Part shown: positions 47,941-63,830 of the stretch, piece after piece | Numbering within the stretch: the stretch's first letter is position 1 | Layout of the letters: each line of letters opens with the position of its first letter | Assembly (NCBI RefSeq): GCF_009914755.1 | Contig: NC_060928.1 | Strand: one strand, 5' to 3' | Source: the human T2T-CHM13v2.0 reference genome, Homo sapiens | DNA length: 64,000 bases | Made by a program: the position numbers and the translations under genes | The notes under the pieces: generated by a model | What the model saw: only the letters and a program-made list of their open reading frames with translations | Database searches by the model: none | What the model was told of the DNA's origin: nothing

Positions 47941-48303
47941 GAATCAGTGTCTGTCCCTGAAGGGTCATTAAATCAGCTATGTTCTTCAGAAGAACCAGAA
48001 CAAGAAGAACTTGATTTTTTGTTTGATGAAGAGATTGAACAAATAGGACGAAAAAACACATTTACTGATTGGTCTGATAATGATTCAGATTATGAAATTG
48101 ATGACCAAGACTTAAACAAGATTTTGATTGTAACTCAGACACCACCTTATGTGAAAAAACATCCTGGAGGAGATCGAACAGGCACCCACATGTCTCGGGC
48201 AAAAATCACATCTGAACTTGCTAAAGTTATCAATGATGGCTTATACTATTATGAACAGGATCTATGGATGGAAGAAGATGAAAACAAACACACAGCCATA
48301 AAG
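47941..48303 (+). CDS. LARP1B: LARP1B coding exon, ESVSVPEG...EQEELDFLFDEE...DYEIDDQDLNKILIVTQ...HPGGDRTG...INDGLYYYEQDLW...TAIK (363 nt)
   Basis: Acceptor tttcttccttcag|GAA, donor AAG|gtaatt, phase 0 to 0; within ORF 47947..48348; strongly LARP1-like. Confidence 0.96.
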
Positions 48304-48348
48304 GTAATTGTTTCTGGCCAACATCTTTCTACTGATGCTTTGTTTTGA
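48304..48348 (+). CDS. LARP1B: Intron read-through C-terminus (VIVSGQHLSTDALF*) of a predicted 522-aa LARP1B isoform
   Basis: Frame continues past the weak donor (gtaatt) to TGA ending at 48348; AATAAA at 48633-48638. Confidence 0.6.
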   Translation, partial: VIVSGQHLSTDALF

Positions 48349-48596
48349 TTGTATGTTGCTGTTTATATTTTCTCAAACTTGAGGCTCTATTTTATGAAAT
48401 GTTGAATATAAATACATTGTATTTAACTTGAAAAATTCCTGGAAATATACCTGATAATTACCACCTGAGGAATCGTTTTATTTTATGAAAGTAACAGCGT
48501 GATGAATACTGTAATTACAAAAGAAAATTAGTACTCACTGACTTATACCCTTGTTTTTTTTTTTTTTTGTTTTGTTTTTTTTTGTTTTTGTTTTAG

Positions 48597-48629
48597 GTGA
48601 CAATACTGAGAACGCCCTTTCTCGTATGA
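48597..48629 (+). CDS. LARP1B: Candidate alternative terminal exon (VTILRTPFLV*), predicted 518-aa isoform
   Basis: Branch-point consensus CACTGAC at 48536-48542, about 45 nt U-rich tract, TAG acceptor at 48594-48596, phase-0 compatible, AATAAA 3 nt after the stop. Confidence 0.5.
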   Translation: MTILRTPFLV

Positions 48630-48632
48630 AAG

Positions 48633-48638
48633 AATAAA
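48633..48638 (+). terminator. Candidate intronic poly(A) signal
   Basis: AATAAA downstream of both the read-through stop and the candidate terminal exon. Confidence 0.45.
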
Positions 48639-50199
48639 AACAAGTTACTGTGGACAGGCTTAATTTATATGCTCATTGCTTACCTGGCTCTCACCGCAGC
48701 TGTATGAGCCAGTGGCTTTAGAGAGCACTCTTCTTGCCTCTTTCTGTTTTCCCCACTTAGTCTATGGTGCATGATCTAAGGTAGTGGAAATGGTTGTGGA
48801 CAAACTATAAATGACTAAACTGGATGATTATCTCTCTTGGTCTAGTCATTACTGTGGTGCTAGGGTTACTTTTTACAATCTTGTTCTAATTTTTTTTAAC
48901 TTCTTGCATTTCATCCCAGATCCTGGTTCCTATCCTAGTTATTAAGGTAAAATAGAGAACCAGAATAGTTTATCAGGTATCTGCATTCCTTCAATATGAA
49001 TTATAATGGTACAGATATGGGGATAAAAGGAATCTTTTTCTGCTATTAAGTTTATCAGAAAAGCCCCAATAGTTAAATATTTGTTTTCAGTAGAGGGTAT
49101 AATAAGGGAAAATTATATAACATTATATGCCAAATAGGAAACTGATCTTGGTTGGAAATAAAGTTGTAGGAAGAAAAGCTAGCCAATTAGTGGCTGAGTA
49201 GAGGGGACTGCCTGTCGGTGGGGCTTCATATCATCAACAAGAAGTGTGCTAGCCTTCTTGGCTCCTCATTTCTTTTCTTCCTGGAATCCCCAGTACTGCT
49301 TTTAGCCTTCTGTAACCACTGCCTTCTTGGAGGACCTGCCTCAGGCTATGATAGCTTGTTACGTGACTTAGAGCCTTAGCAGTTCTCTGCCTGTCCTACT
49401 GCTGTGGGAAAGGAAGTGTGTTTTTATAATGCTTCTCAGTTGAAAGTCTTTCCTAGTGTAAGCATTGCTATTTTATTTGTAATACTTAGGTTCGGTAAGT
49501 AATACCTATCTTAAATCCTTTTAGAACAGAGATACTAGTACATTCTACTAATAATCAGTTAAAATTATCCTTCCCCCATTCTCTATCCCTTTACCCAGCT
49601 TTGTTTTTCACCATAGCATATATCATTATCTATAATTCTATATATTTTACTTACTTTTATTCTCTTGGAGAAAAAACTATGGATGTAATACCAATGACAA
49701 TAGGATTTTTTTCTATTTGTTCATTACTATTGTATTTCTAGTGTTAGAATAGTTTCTGGCACAAAGAAATGTTCAATTCATGTTTGTGGGTAAATAAATT
49801 ATGGAGTAAACATTATGCATTAACCAAAGGAACCCAACCATTGTGTATAATATTTGTTCTGTGGGAAATGTTTTCAGTCTGCCAAGTAACAAATTTGTAA
49901 GCCAACTTGAGAAACATCCTATTTGTAGGTGATTATTTCCTTAAATTATAGACAATAATTAAAAGCCATGTATTGAGTTCTTGAGGCATGTGCTGATCTT
50001 ATTCATTAAATATTAACGGAAAGTAATCTTGGCTTATATAACTTTAACCATTATAATTGCAGATATGTCTTACTTTGACCTGATTCTTATGTACATTCCC
50101 ATCATTTAACTCATCCCCTTTGGTTCTGATTCTGTCTTCTACATGTAGTATCTCATTAGACTTGTACTTTTCCTGTGGGTCTGCTTAAAGGGAGAGAAA

Positions 50200-50900
50200 T
50201 CAGTCATTTAACATATACTCATTGAGTGCTTACTATGTGCCAGACACTGCTTAGAAACTGGGCACAGAGTGAGAAGGTAACAAATAGGGTTTCTACATGC
50301 CTAGAACCTACAGCTAACTGGGGGAACAGACTTAAAAATAAACCCACAATAAGTACTTAATCACAAATTACAATAAATACTCTAAAAGAAAAAAACAGGA
50401 TGCTATTTCATTGAGTAGTCAGGGAAGGCCTCTGAGAAAGTCAGTAATAGTGAAATCTGAAGTGGAAGTAGGACATAACCAAGCAAAGAGTAGGGAAACA
50501 GTATTCCAGGAAAAGGGAACAGTAAATGTCAAGGATCTGGCAGAAAAGATTTTGGTGTATTTGAGGAACTGGAAAAAAGGTCAGTTTGCCTACGGTATTA
50601 TATAAAATGTTAATTATAGATGAATAGGCAGGAGTCATCATTTATGCGCCATGTTAAATAATGTGGAGTTTATCTAAAGTTCAAATCCAGTACCTTAGGT
50701 TTTGCAAAGGCAGTGTGACATCTAATTTTTATTTTTAATAGATCACTCTGGTTGTTTTGGCACAGAATGGATTGTACAGGGACAAGAGTGGGCAGAAGAA
50801 ATCCAGTTAACAGGCTGTCCATATAGAAGATGAATTGGTCGGCCAAGACAAACAGGTGGCAGAGGAAATATAGAAGTGAGAAGACCTGTCTCATCTGAGC
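50200..50900 (-). mobile_element. L2 fragment, antisense
   Basis: tcatttaacatatactcattgagtgcttactatgtgccagacactg...agtcagggaaggcctctgag...tttgaggaactggaa...gatcactctggttg. Confidence 0.75.
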
Positions 50901-51643
50901 CTTGAGGAATGATTATATAGGAGTTGTATAGGAAAGTGTGTTGTTGTGGAAGTCAAAAGCTGGCTCTAAGAGAAGAAAATAATCAGGTGTGTCAGCAACT
51001 TTACAGGTTGAATTAGATAGGAATGAAAAGTATGCCAAATTGATAGGGCAGTTTAGTACTCATTTTTGACCTCTGCAAAAAGAGTTTTGGTGGATCCAGA
51101 AGCTATGTTGAACTGGACCAAAGAGTGAGTAAAGGCTTTATTCTGTTTTTGGCATATATTTACTGCTGAAGACTACTAAAATGATAGGCTTATAGGTAAG
51201 AAAATATCTGCTTAAAATCTTTGAAGATATGCTAGGTAAGTTATTATCAGGATAAAACTATACAGAAGTGAAGTACTGAAACTTAGTTTTACCCTTAGGA
51301 CCCTTTGTAGAAGCTACCCAAAACGGGTAAAAACCATAAACTCAGGGACCATTCAAAACTGTGGATTCCCATAGGATTCCTTTTCCCATTTAATTGGTAC
51401 CCAAAAGTGCACCAAGATCTCACAGATCACTACTAAATAACTTACTCGTGTAACCAAATACCACCTGTTCCCCAAAAATCTATGGGAGAAAAAAGATACC
51501 CCAAAAGAATACACTTACAGTGGAAGAACTAAACTTGCTTCCTACCTGCTCCCCAAGGGACTCTGTAAAGAATATTTTTCTGGCTGGCGCAGTGGCTCAC
51601 GCCTGTAATCCCAGCACTTCGGGAGGCCGATGTGGGTGGATCA

Positions 51644-51952
<309 letters not shown>

Positions 51953-52198
51953 TCATGCAACCCAAGTTCATACTCTGGGTGACTAAAGGAAGCACTAGTT
52001 GTAAATTTGATGTGATTGTGGTCTCTTAGTTTCCCAGACACCTAGCATATGAAAATAAAGATTTTTTGTGTATGAAAATATTCACCTTTATCTTAGACCT
52101 CCTTTATTCACATTATATTGCAAGGAAAGTTAGCAGCACATAAAGTGAATAATCTAACAAGAAAGTGAGATCTCGCATGTGAGAATGAGCAAAAGTAA

Positions 52199-52550
<352 letters not shown>

Positions 52551-54452
52551 TAGATAGTCAGATTATTAAACAAAATATGCAGTAGCTAGGCTTACTGTGT
52601 TTAAGGAAATAAAAATATGTGTAGAGAAGAAGAAATCCTAAAGAATAACGATAGAACTGGAAGTAAAAACAATTATGATTAAAATTAAGAACCAAATCAA
52701 TTGAAGGGATTAGCAACAGATTAGACAGAATTAGAGAATTAGTCAATTGGAAGACTGTTCCCAAGAATTTATTCAGAAATTTCCACAGAGTAGCAAAGAA
52801 ATAGAATATATGAAAAGAGGATACAGAATGATTTTCTACAGTCTTTGCTATTGGTTGGTAAGTTTTAATCAAGTTTTGTAATTTAACATCTAGTAGATTT
52901 TATTATAAAGCTTTTTATTTGTTTTTGTTTTTTTTTTAAAAAAAGGTAAGCAAGAAACTTGGAATATAGGATAACGGAGAAGGTCTAAAATATACATTTA
53001 GTCAGAGTTCCAGAATGAAAGGGTAGAGAGAATGGGGCCAAGTCATTATTATAAGAGGCAATTAGGACCTCTACAGAACTGAGGAGAGGTGTCAGAGTTT
53101 AGCCAGAAAAAAAAGAGATTACTTTCAAGAAAGAAGAATCATTAGACAGCTGATAGCTAGTTTCCCAACAGTGACAACCAATAGACATTGGAATGATAGC
53201 TTTAATTTGCCAAGGGAAAATAACTATCAACTGATAATTGTAGGCCTTGCAAAAATATCTTTCAGTAAGAGTGTAGAATATGAGAAATGGCCACCAGCAG
53301 AGTCTCATGAAAGAAAGTCCCAAAGGGTAGAATAAAAGTGATTTTACCTATCAGAGACACAGAAAGGACTGCAGAGCAAAACAAGTAATAAATACATGAA
53401 TAAACCTAAGTGAATATTAACTGTATAAAGCAATTATTATGTCTTATAGATTTACTATAACAACACAAACTGGGAGAGAGAGCAGTAAATGAATCTAATA
53501 TTTAAATGTAACTTCATATCTGGACAAAGGGTACTGATTAAAGTTATTAAAGTTTGCAAATTGCAGTTTGAAGGATACACATTTAATTGACAAGGTGATC
53601 TAAGTTCATTTGGAAATTTCAGGAATCCATAGTAGTCAAAACACTCTTAAAAAATAACAAAATTACGGCCGGGCACGGTGGCTCACGCCTGTAATCCCAG
53701 CACTTCGGGAGGCCGAGGTGGGTGTATTACCTGAGGTCAGGAGTTGGAGACCAGCCTGACCAACATGGTGAAACCCTGTCTCTACTAAAAATACAAAATT
53801 AGCCGGGCATGGTGGTGTGTGCCTATAATCCCAGCTACTTGGGAGGCTGAGGCAGGGGAATTGCTTGAACCCCGGGAGGTGGAGGTTGCAGTGAGCCGAA
53901 ATTGCGCCATTGCAATCCATCCTGGGCAACAAGCGTGAAAACTCGCAAAACAAACAAAAAACAAAATTGAAGGACTCATATTTTATGATTTCAAAACTTA
54001 CTACAAAGCTGCAGTAATCAAGATAGTGGTGCTGTCATAAGGATGAACATATAGATCAATGGAATAAAATTCAGAGCCCAGAAATAAACATGTCTATTTT
54101 CAACTGACTTTGCAACAAATGTGCCTAGACCATTCAGTATGGAAAGAATAGTTGTTTCAACAACTGGGACTCTGTCAACTTGATATCTACAAACAAAAGA
54201 AGGAAGTTGGGTCCCTCCCTATCTTACATCATGTATCAAAATTAACTTGAGTTAAATTCATAAATTTAAGAGGAAAAAGTATAAAACTCTTAGAATAAAA
54301 TGTGTAAAATCTTCATGACCTTGGATTTGATGGTGGTTTTTCATATGACACTAATAGCACAAGCAACAAACAATAAAAACAGGTAAATTGGACATCAAAA
54401 TTTAAAAATTTTGAATCTCAAAGGACACTATACAGAAAGTGAAAAGCCAGTA

Positions 54453-54876
54453 CAGATGTTCCTCAAATTATGTTGGGGTTACATGCTTATAAACTCATCA
54501 TAAATTGAAAATACACTGTTAAACTGAAATGTATTTAGTACACCCAACCTACCACACATCATAGCTTAGCCTAGCCTACCTTAAACATGCTCAGAGCACT
54601 TATGTTAGCCTTAGTTGGGCAAAATCATTTAAACACAAGGCATATTTTATAATAAAGTATTAATAGCTTATATAATGTATTAATTATTATACTGAAAGTA
54701 AAAAACAGAATGGCTCACTGCTGCTGCCCTGCATTGCAAGAAAATATACCACGTATTGCTGGCCTGGGAGAATTTAAAAATTTGAAGTACAGTTTCTTCT
54801 AGTAAGTGCCTCTTGCTTTCACAACATTGTAAAGGCAAAACCATAAGTCAAACTATCATAAGCCTGGGGCTGTTTG
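54453..54876 (+). mobile_element. MER47/Tigger5-family Tc1-mariner relic with TA target duplication
   Basis: ta|cagatgttcctcaaattatg...catcatagcttagcctagcctaccttaaacatgctcag...ttgggcaaaatcat...ggggctgtttg|ta. Confidence 0.85.
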
Positions 54877-55278
54877 TACAAAAAAACACAATACAATTTA
54901 CATTGGCACCCAAATACATGAAATAGTTTATAAATCTGACAAAATATGTACAGGATCTATCTGAGGATTACTACAAAACCCTGATGAAAGAAAAAGGGGC
55001 TGGGCGCAGTGGCTCACGCCTGTAATCCCAGCACTTTGGGAGGACGAGGTGGGCAGATCACGAGGTCAGGAGATCGAGACCACCCTGGCTAACATGGTGA
55101 AACCGCGTCTCTATTAAAAATACAAAAAAATTAGCCAGGCGTGATGGTGGGCGCCTGTAGTCCCAGCTACTCAGGAGGTTGAGGCAGGAGAATGGCGTGA
55201 ACCCGGGAGGCGGAGCTTGCAGTGAGCCAAGATCGCGCCACTGCTCTCCATCCTGGGCGACAGAGCGAGACTCTGTCT

Positions 55279-55321
<43 letters not shown>

Positions 55322-56139
55322 CAGCCGTGCGTGGTGGCGCGTGCCTGTAGTCCCAGCTACTGGAGAGGCTGAGACAGGAGAACAGATTGAACCCGGAAGG
55401 CGGAGGGTGCAGTGAGCCGAGGTCACACACTGCAGCCTGGGCGACAGAGCAAGACTCCGTCTCAAAAAAAAAAAAAAAAGGAATAAGTAAATAAATCGAG
55501 AAACATTCCTTGTTCATATTATAGATAGGAAGACTCAATAATGTCATGTCAGTTCTTTCCAACATAACCATAGATTCTGTGCAGTTTATGGTCTTGTTAA
55601 ATTGAGATGCATTTAGTATACCCAATCAAAATCCCAGCAAATGATTTTGTGGATATCTCCAGAGGCAAAAAACACCTAAAAAACCCAGAATAGCTAATAC
55701 AACATTGAAAATTGGAAGACGACACTACCTGACTTCAAGATTTACTGTAAAGCTGCAGTAATGAAGGCAGTACGGTACTGGTGAAAGAATAGACAACTAA
55801 ATCAATAGAACAGAATGGAAAGTGCAGAAATAGACCCACACAGATGCAGTCAACTGATGCTTGACAAAGAAGCAAAGGCAATACAATAGAGAAAAGTCTT
55901 TTCCACAAATGGTGCTAGAACAGCTGAGCATTGAGGTGAAAAAAAAAAAATGAATCTTCACCCTTCAGAAAAATTAAAGTGGACGGACCATCGTCCAAAA
56001 TGTAAAAGACAAAACCATAAACGTCCTAGAAGATGATCTAAGAGAAAATCTAGATGACCTTGGGCTTATCATGACTTTTTAGATTCAATACCAAAACAAT
56101 CCATGAAAGAAATAATAAGCTAGAATTCTTTAAAATTCA

Positions 56140-56298
<159 letters not shown>

Positions 56299-57627
56299 CT
56301 ACGAAAAATTTTTTTAAAAAAGGAGAGAAGCCATTGACTGCTAGAAAATATTTACAAATGACAAATTTGATAGAGGGCTATTATCCAAAATATACAAAGA
56401 ACTATTAAGACTAAGAAAACAGAACCCAATTTAAAAATGGTTCACTAAAAAATGGTCGATAGACCAGTTTATTGAAGAAAAAAAGAAAAAACTTGAAAGA
56501 CCTGAGCTGACACTTCACCAAAGAAGATAAACAGCAAATATGCATATGAAAAGATGCTCAACATCAAATATCATTAGGGAGCTGCAAGTAAAAACAACAA
56601 TGAGATACTACTGTAGATTCATTAGGAGTGCCAAAATCCAAAACAATAACCAAATGCTTGCAAGGATGTGGAGCATTAGGAAATCTCATTCATTCCTGGT
56701 GGCAATGCAAAACAGTACAGCTTCTTTGGAAGGTAGTTTGACAATTTCGTATAAAACTGAACTAAACTAAACTCTTACCAAAGGATCTAGCAAATTTACT
56801 CAAATGAGTTGAGATGTGTAGCCACACAATAACCTGAACGTGGATGTTTATAGCAGCTTATCCATAAATTGTCAAAACTTGGAAAAACCCAAGGTGTCTT
56901 TGAATAGGTGGATGGATAAACAAGCTGTGGTACATTCAGACAATGGACTTACTCAGAGCTCAAAAATGCATGAGCTATCAAGCTGTGAAAAGACATGGAT
57001 TCATACAAAGACTGAGTTTATATTGGGTGAAAAAAGCCTATTTGAAAAGACTACATACTGTATGATTCCAACTACGTGGCATTCTGGAAAGGGCAAAACT
57101 ATAGTAACAGTAAAAAGATCAGTGATTGCCAATGGTTGGAAGGGGAAGAGATGAATGGACAGAGCACAGGTTTTTTAGGGCAGTGACAGTATTTTCTATG
57201 ATGTTCTGATGACGATACATGTCATTGTACACTTCTCAAAACCCATAGAAAATGTACAGGACAATTTTGATAATACTGTCAGTGTTTTCATCTATTGTAA
57301 CTAATGTATCACTCTAGTGCAGGATGATAGTGTGGGAGGTTGTATGTGTTTGGGTGCAGAGGGTCTATGGTATACTCTGTACTTTCTGCTTGGTTTTGCT
57401 GTGAACCTAAAACTTCTAAAAATACCTAAAGAAAGATAACAGGTTAGGAGAAAATATTTGCAAATCAAAGGAGGGAGGGGCAAAGAGCTTATTTTCTTCT
57501 AAAAATTTTTCTTTAAAAAAAGTTTTTACCAGTCTGTGTGTGTTGAAAAATATTTGTAATATGCAAAGAGCTCTTACAAATCAATAAGACAAATAACCTA
57601 ATTTTAAAATGGGTAAACAAGAGTTCA

Positions 57628-57813
<186 letters not shown>

Positions 57814-58294
57814 TCAAGCAAGTCCCTGTCTCTAAAAAATAATACATAAATTAAAATGGGCAGAGAATTTGAGTAGACATTTCTTCAAAGAAGATATACA
57901 TGGGGCCAATAAGCACTTGAAAAGTTGCTTAACATCATTAGCCACCAGGGGAATTGAAATAAAATCGTTGTTATACCATGTTATACCCAAAAGGATAACT
58001 ATAATAAAGAAGACAGATATACTGACAAGTGTGAGGAAAGGGAGAAATTGGAACCCTTATACTCTGCTGCTGGGAATGTAAAATGGTGCATCTGCTTTGG
58101 AATACAGTCTGGCAGTTTTCAAAAGGCTAAACATAGGGTTACCATGTAACCTAGCAATTCCACTTTTATGTATGTAATCCAAAGAAACAAAGACATTTGT
58201 CCACACAGATGTCATGTTCTTGTACATGAATGTTCATTTCAGCATTTCAAAAAATGAACAGAACTCAGATTTTTATTAACTGATGTTTGGATGA

Positions 58295-58597
<303 letters not shown>

Positions 58598-58807
58598 TGA
58601 TCTGCCTGCATCAGTCTCCAAAAGTGCTGAGATTACAGGGGTGAGCCACTGTGCCCGGCCAATTTTTAAATTTTTATTTTTTGTCTTAAGATCTTTTTTC
58701 TCTAACCTGCTTCAGAGAAAGAGAAATGAAGGACTAATACTTCATAATGAAGCATTATGAAGACAGTATGTGAAAGGAGCCATCATAAAAGACTACATAT
58801 TGTAGAG

Positions 58808-59290
58808 CAGCGGTCCCCAACCTTTTTGATACCAGAGACTAATTTTATGGAAGACAGTTTTTCTGTGGACTGGGGGGCATGGTTTTGGAATAATTTAAGC
58901 ACATTACATTTATTGTGCACTTTATTTCTGTTATTCATTATAATATATAATGAAATAATTGTGCAATTTATCATAATGTAGAATCAGCAGGAGCCCTAAG
59001 CTTGTTTTTCTGCAACTAGATGGTCCCATCTGGGGGTGATGGGAGACAATGACAGATCATCAAGCATTAGATTCTCATGAGGATCATGCAACCTAGATTC
59101 CTCGCATTTGCAGTTCACAATAGGGTTCATGCTCCTATGAGAATCTAATGCTGCCACTGATCTGGCAGACGGTGGAGCTCAGGCAGTAATGAGAGCGATA
59201 GGGAGCAGCTGTAAATACAGATGAAGCTTTGCTCACTTGCCCACCCACCACTCAACCGTGGTTCCTAACAGGCTACAGACCAGTACTGGT
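58808..59290 (+). mobile_element. MER1A-like hAT-Charlie relic, 3' end missing
   Basis: cagcggtccccaacctttttg...ctgcaactagatggtcccatctggggg...gcagttcacaatagggttc...gagaatctaatgctgccactgatctg...ggttcctaacagg. Confidence 0.88.
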
Positions 59291-59830
59291 GAGTGGCTAG
59301 GAGGAAATGTGGAGTGACTGTTAATGGTTACCAGGTTTCTTTTGGAGGTGATAAAAATGTTCTATAGTTGATTGTGGTAATGGTTGTGAAACTCTGAATA
59401 TATGAAAAACAATTGAATTGTATACTTCAGTGAATTGTACTACATGTGAATTACACATTAATAAAGCTGTTATGAACAACAAATAAATGGAAAGTCATCT
59501 CATGTTCATGGATGACTTAATATTATTAACATGTCAGTACTATCCAAAGTATCTACAGCTTCAGTGCAATGCCTATGAAAATCCCAATGGCATTTTTTGC
59601 ACAGTTAGAAAAAGCCACCCAAAAAATTCACGTGGAATCTCATGGGGCCTTGAATAGTCAAAACATTATTATTGAAAAAGAAGAAATTTGGAAGCTTCAG
59701 ACTTCCTGCTTGTTACAGTAATCAAAACCTTGTGGTACTGTCATAAAGACAGACATACGGACCAATTGAATAGACAGTCCAGAAATAAACCCTTAAGTAT
59801 ATGGTTAAATGATTTTTTTTTCTTTTTTGA

Positions 59831-60043
<213 letters not shown>

Positions 60044-61018
60044 TGAAGTGATCCACCTGTCTCAGCCTCCCAAAGTGCTGGGATTACAGGCGTGGGCCAC
60101 TGTGCCCAGCCCAATTTTTTTTTTTTTTTTTTTAAGACAGTTTCTCACTCTTTTGCCCAGTCTGGAGTATGGTGGCATCATCATGGCTCACTGCAGTCTT
60201 GACCTCCTGGGCTCATGCAATCCTCTCACCTCAGCCTCCAGAGTAGTTGGGACTACAGGCTCACACTGCCACACCTGGGTAATTAATGAATTTTTTTTGT
60301 GTGTGTGGAGGCAGGGTCTTGTTATACCTGGTTTCAAACTCCTGGCCTTAAGCAATCCTTCCATCTTGGCCTTGCAAAGTATTGGGATTACAGGTGTGAG
60401 CTACTGAAGCTGGCTGGGTAAATGATTTTTTTGACAAGTGTATCAAGACCACTCAATGGAGAAAGGATAATCTCTTCAACAAATGATATTGGGAAAATTG
60501 GGTATCCACATGTAAAAGAAGGAAGTTAGATCTTTACCTTATACCATAAATGAAGATTAATTAACCTAGATTAAAGACTTAAACATATTACATAAAATTA
60601 TAGAACATTTAGAAGAAAGCCTTTGGGGAAGGCCTTCATGATCTTGGATTTGGCAGTGGTTTCTTGGATATCACACTAAAATCACATGTTACAGAACAAA
60701 TGTAGACAAATGGAATTCTTGAAAATTAAAAATTTATGTGTATGAAAGGACACAGTTAACAGTAGGCAACCTATGGAATGCAGAAAAATATTTGCAAATT
60801 ATATATCTGATAAGGGATTAGTATCCTGAGTATATAAAGAACTCCTACAAATCAACAAAAAATATAACCTGATTTTAAAAATGGACAGAAGACTTGTGTA
60901 GATAGTTCTCTAAAGGTGATATGAAAATGGCTAATAAGGCTGGGCGCAATGGCTCATGCCTGTAATCCCAGCACTTTAGGAGGCTGAGGTGGGTCAATCA
61001 CTTGAGGTCAGGAGTTTA

Positions 61019-61210
<192 letters not shown>

Positions 61211-61212
61211 TC

Positions 61213-61216
61213 AAAA

Positions 61217-61259
<43 letters not shown>

Positions 61260-61262
61260 AAA
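61213..61262 (+). repeat. (TAAA)n tetranucleotide STR forming an Alu tail
   Basis: About 11 TAAA units after the Alu at 60938-61212. Confidence 0.95.
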
Positions 61263-62188
61263 GGATAACAAACATTTGAAAAGATGCTCGAAGTCACTAC
61301 TCAGAATAGAAATGCAAATAAAAAAATCAGAGGATTATCACCTCACACTGATTAGGATGGTTACCATTTAAAAAAACACACAGAAAATAGTTGTTAACAA
61401 GGATTTGGAGAAATTAGACCCTTGCGAACTCTCATGTGAATGTAAAATGGTGCAGCCCTTATGGAATACAGGATGGCAGTTTCTCAAAAAATTAAGGATA
61501 GAAATATCATGTTATCCAGCAATACCAATTCTAGGCATATATCCAAAAAAATGAAGGCAGGATCTCTAAGAGGTATTTGCGTGTCCATGTTCAGAGCAGC
61601 ATTATTCACAATAACCCAAGAGGTGGGAGTAAGCCAAATGTCTTTCAGTGGAGGAATGGATAAACAAAATGTAGTATATACATAACAATGGAGTATTATT
61701 CCACCTTAGAAAGGATGGAAATATTGCTGCAACACGGATGAACCTTGAGGACTTTATGCTAAGGGAAATATTCAGTCACAAAAAGACTCAGTCGAAGTAT
61801 GTTTCCACTTATAGGAGATAGCTAACTAAAGTGGTGAAGTTTATAGAAACAAAGTAAGAAGGTAGTTGCCAGGAGCTGAAGGGAGGAGAGAAACTGGGAA
61901 AGTGTTGCTTAATGGGTATAGGGTTTTATTTTTGCTAGATGAAAGTTTTGGAGATCTATTGCACAGCAGTGTGAATATATTTAACACTACTGAATTGCAC
62001 ACTTTAAAATGGTTAAGATCGTAAATTTTGTGATGTGTTTTTTAACATTATTAAAAATTATTTTAAAAATCCAACTACATACCAAATTAAAAAAAAAATA
62101 ACCAAAAGAAAACTTAATACACATAGGCCAGGTGCGGTGGCTCAGACCTGTAATCCCACCACTTTCGGAGGCCAAGGTGGGCAGATCA

Positions 62189-62425
<237 letters not shown>

Positions 62426-63679
62426 TCAAGAAAAACAAAAAAACAAAAAAACAAAACAAAAAACAAAAAACAAAACTTACATATTAGTAGCAGATGGAAG
62501 ACTTACAAAGTTGACTTAGAGATAAAAAGCATTACTAGTGTGAAAGTGTCATATAATGATAAAAAGTGAAGTTTATCAGAGGAGATAACTTCAAATTCAA
62601 TGTATTTAATATTAAAGCTTCAAATATATGAAACAAAAGTTGGTAAAACAAATCCACTGTTGTAATTTACTCTCTAAGTGATTTACTCTCTAAGTAAACA
62701 AGGCATAATCAGACAATAAAAAGTAATTTCAGAAACGTTTTGCCTAAGAATTGCAGAGCATTGTTCTTTTTTAGTATATACATGGTACTTAGACCTCCAC
62801 TGGTATATAAAGTGAATTCCAAGGCATTTATATTACACAAAGCACATTATTAGTGGAATTAAACTGGTGATTTTATTTGTTAATTTTTAAATATTTTTGT
62901 AGAGATGAGGTCTCACTATGTTGCCTGGCTGGTCTTGAACTCCTGGCCTCAAGAGATTCTATGGCCTTGCCCTCCCAAAGTGTTGGGATTATAGGCATGC
63001 CACACTGCACCTGGTCAAGCTAGTGATTAATAATAATAATATAAGTGAACGTAATAAATTCCCATATTCCCCAAAACAATGATATGTTTTTAAATTAAAC
63101 AACTCAGCATTCAAAGAAGAAATTAATGGAAATTAGAAAATATGAATTGAATGGTAACTAAAGTTAAAAAGTGCAGCTAAGGCAATAGGCTTAAATGCAA
63201 ATATTAGGAAAAACACTTGAAATTAATAGTCCAATTACCAATATTATCTTGACTTTAATTAAAAAAACTCCCCCGACAGGTTGCAGTGAGCAGAGATTGT
63301 GCCACTGCACTTCAACCTGGGCGACAGAGCAAGAGTCCATCTCAAAAAAAAACAAAAAACAAAAACTCCCCCAATTCTCAAAGACAGAGCAAAAGCATCT
63401 CATTCATGTTACCTGATATTGGCTGTGGGTCAGCTATTACAGCTCTGTATATTTGGTTCTTCTCCAATTGTCTTCTCATTTGGGGATTAATTCCAAAACA
63501 GCAGTTCCTATACATTACATGCTTATTCATGTGGCAGAGGGGAAGAACAAGAGGCAGAGCCAAATCTTAGTTATATTTGATGTTGCTGCTTATATGTGCT
63601 TTATGTGCATTTTTTATATTCCATTGACTATATGGCCAAGCCTATATAGGCTGGGGAATATATATTTTTTCCTTCCATT

Positions 63680-63830
63680 TGGTATTTATTTTTTAGTGAT
63701 ACATAATAATTGTATATATTTATGGGATACATGTGATATTTTGATACATGCATACAATGTGTAATGATCAAATTAGGGTAATTTATATATCTATCACCTC
63801 AAACATTTATCATTTCTTTGTATTTGAATG
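63680..63830 (-). mobile_element. L1MA-type 3' end, antisense, followed by a (TA/CA)n microsatellite and an Alu running off the window end
   Basis: gatacataataattgtatatatttatgggatacatgtgatattttgatacatgcatacaatgtgtaatgatcaaattagggta. Confidence 0.8.

Noticed and set aside
62665-62695. 16-nt tandem duplication atttactctctaagt(g)
   Set aside because: Ordinary slippage in degraded L1-like sequence with no functional cue.
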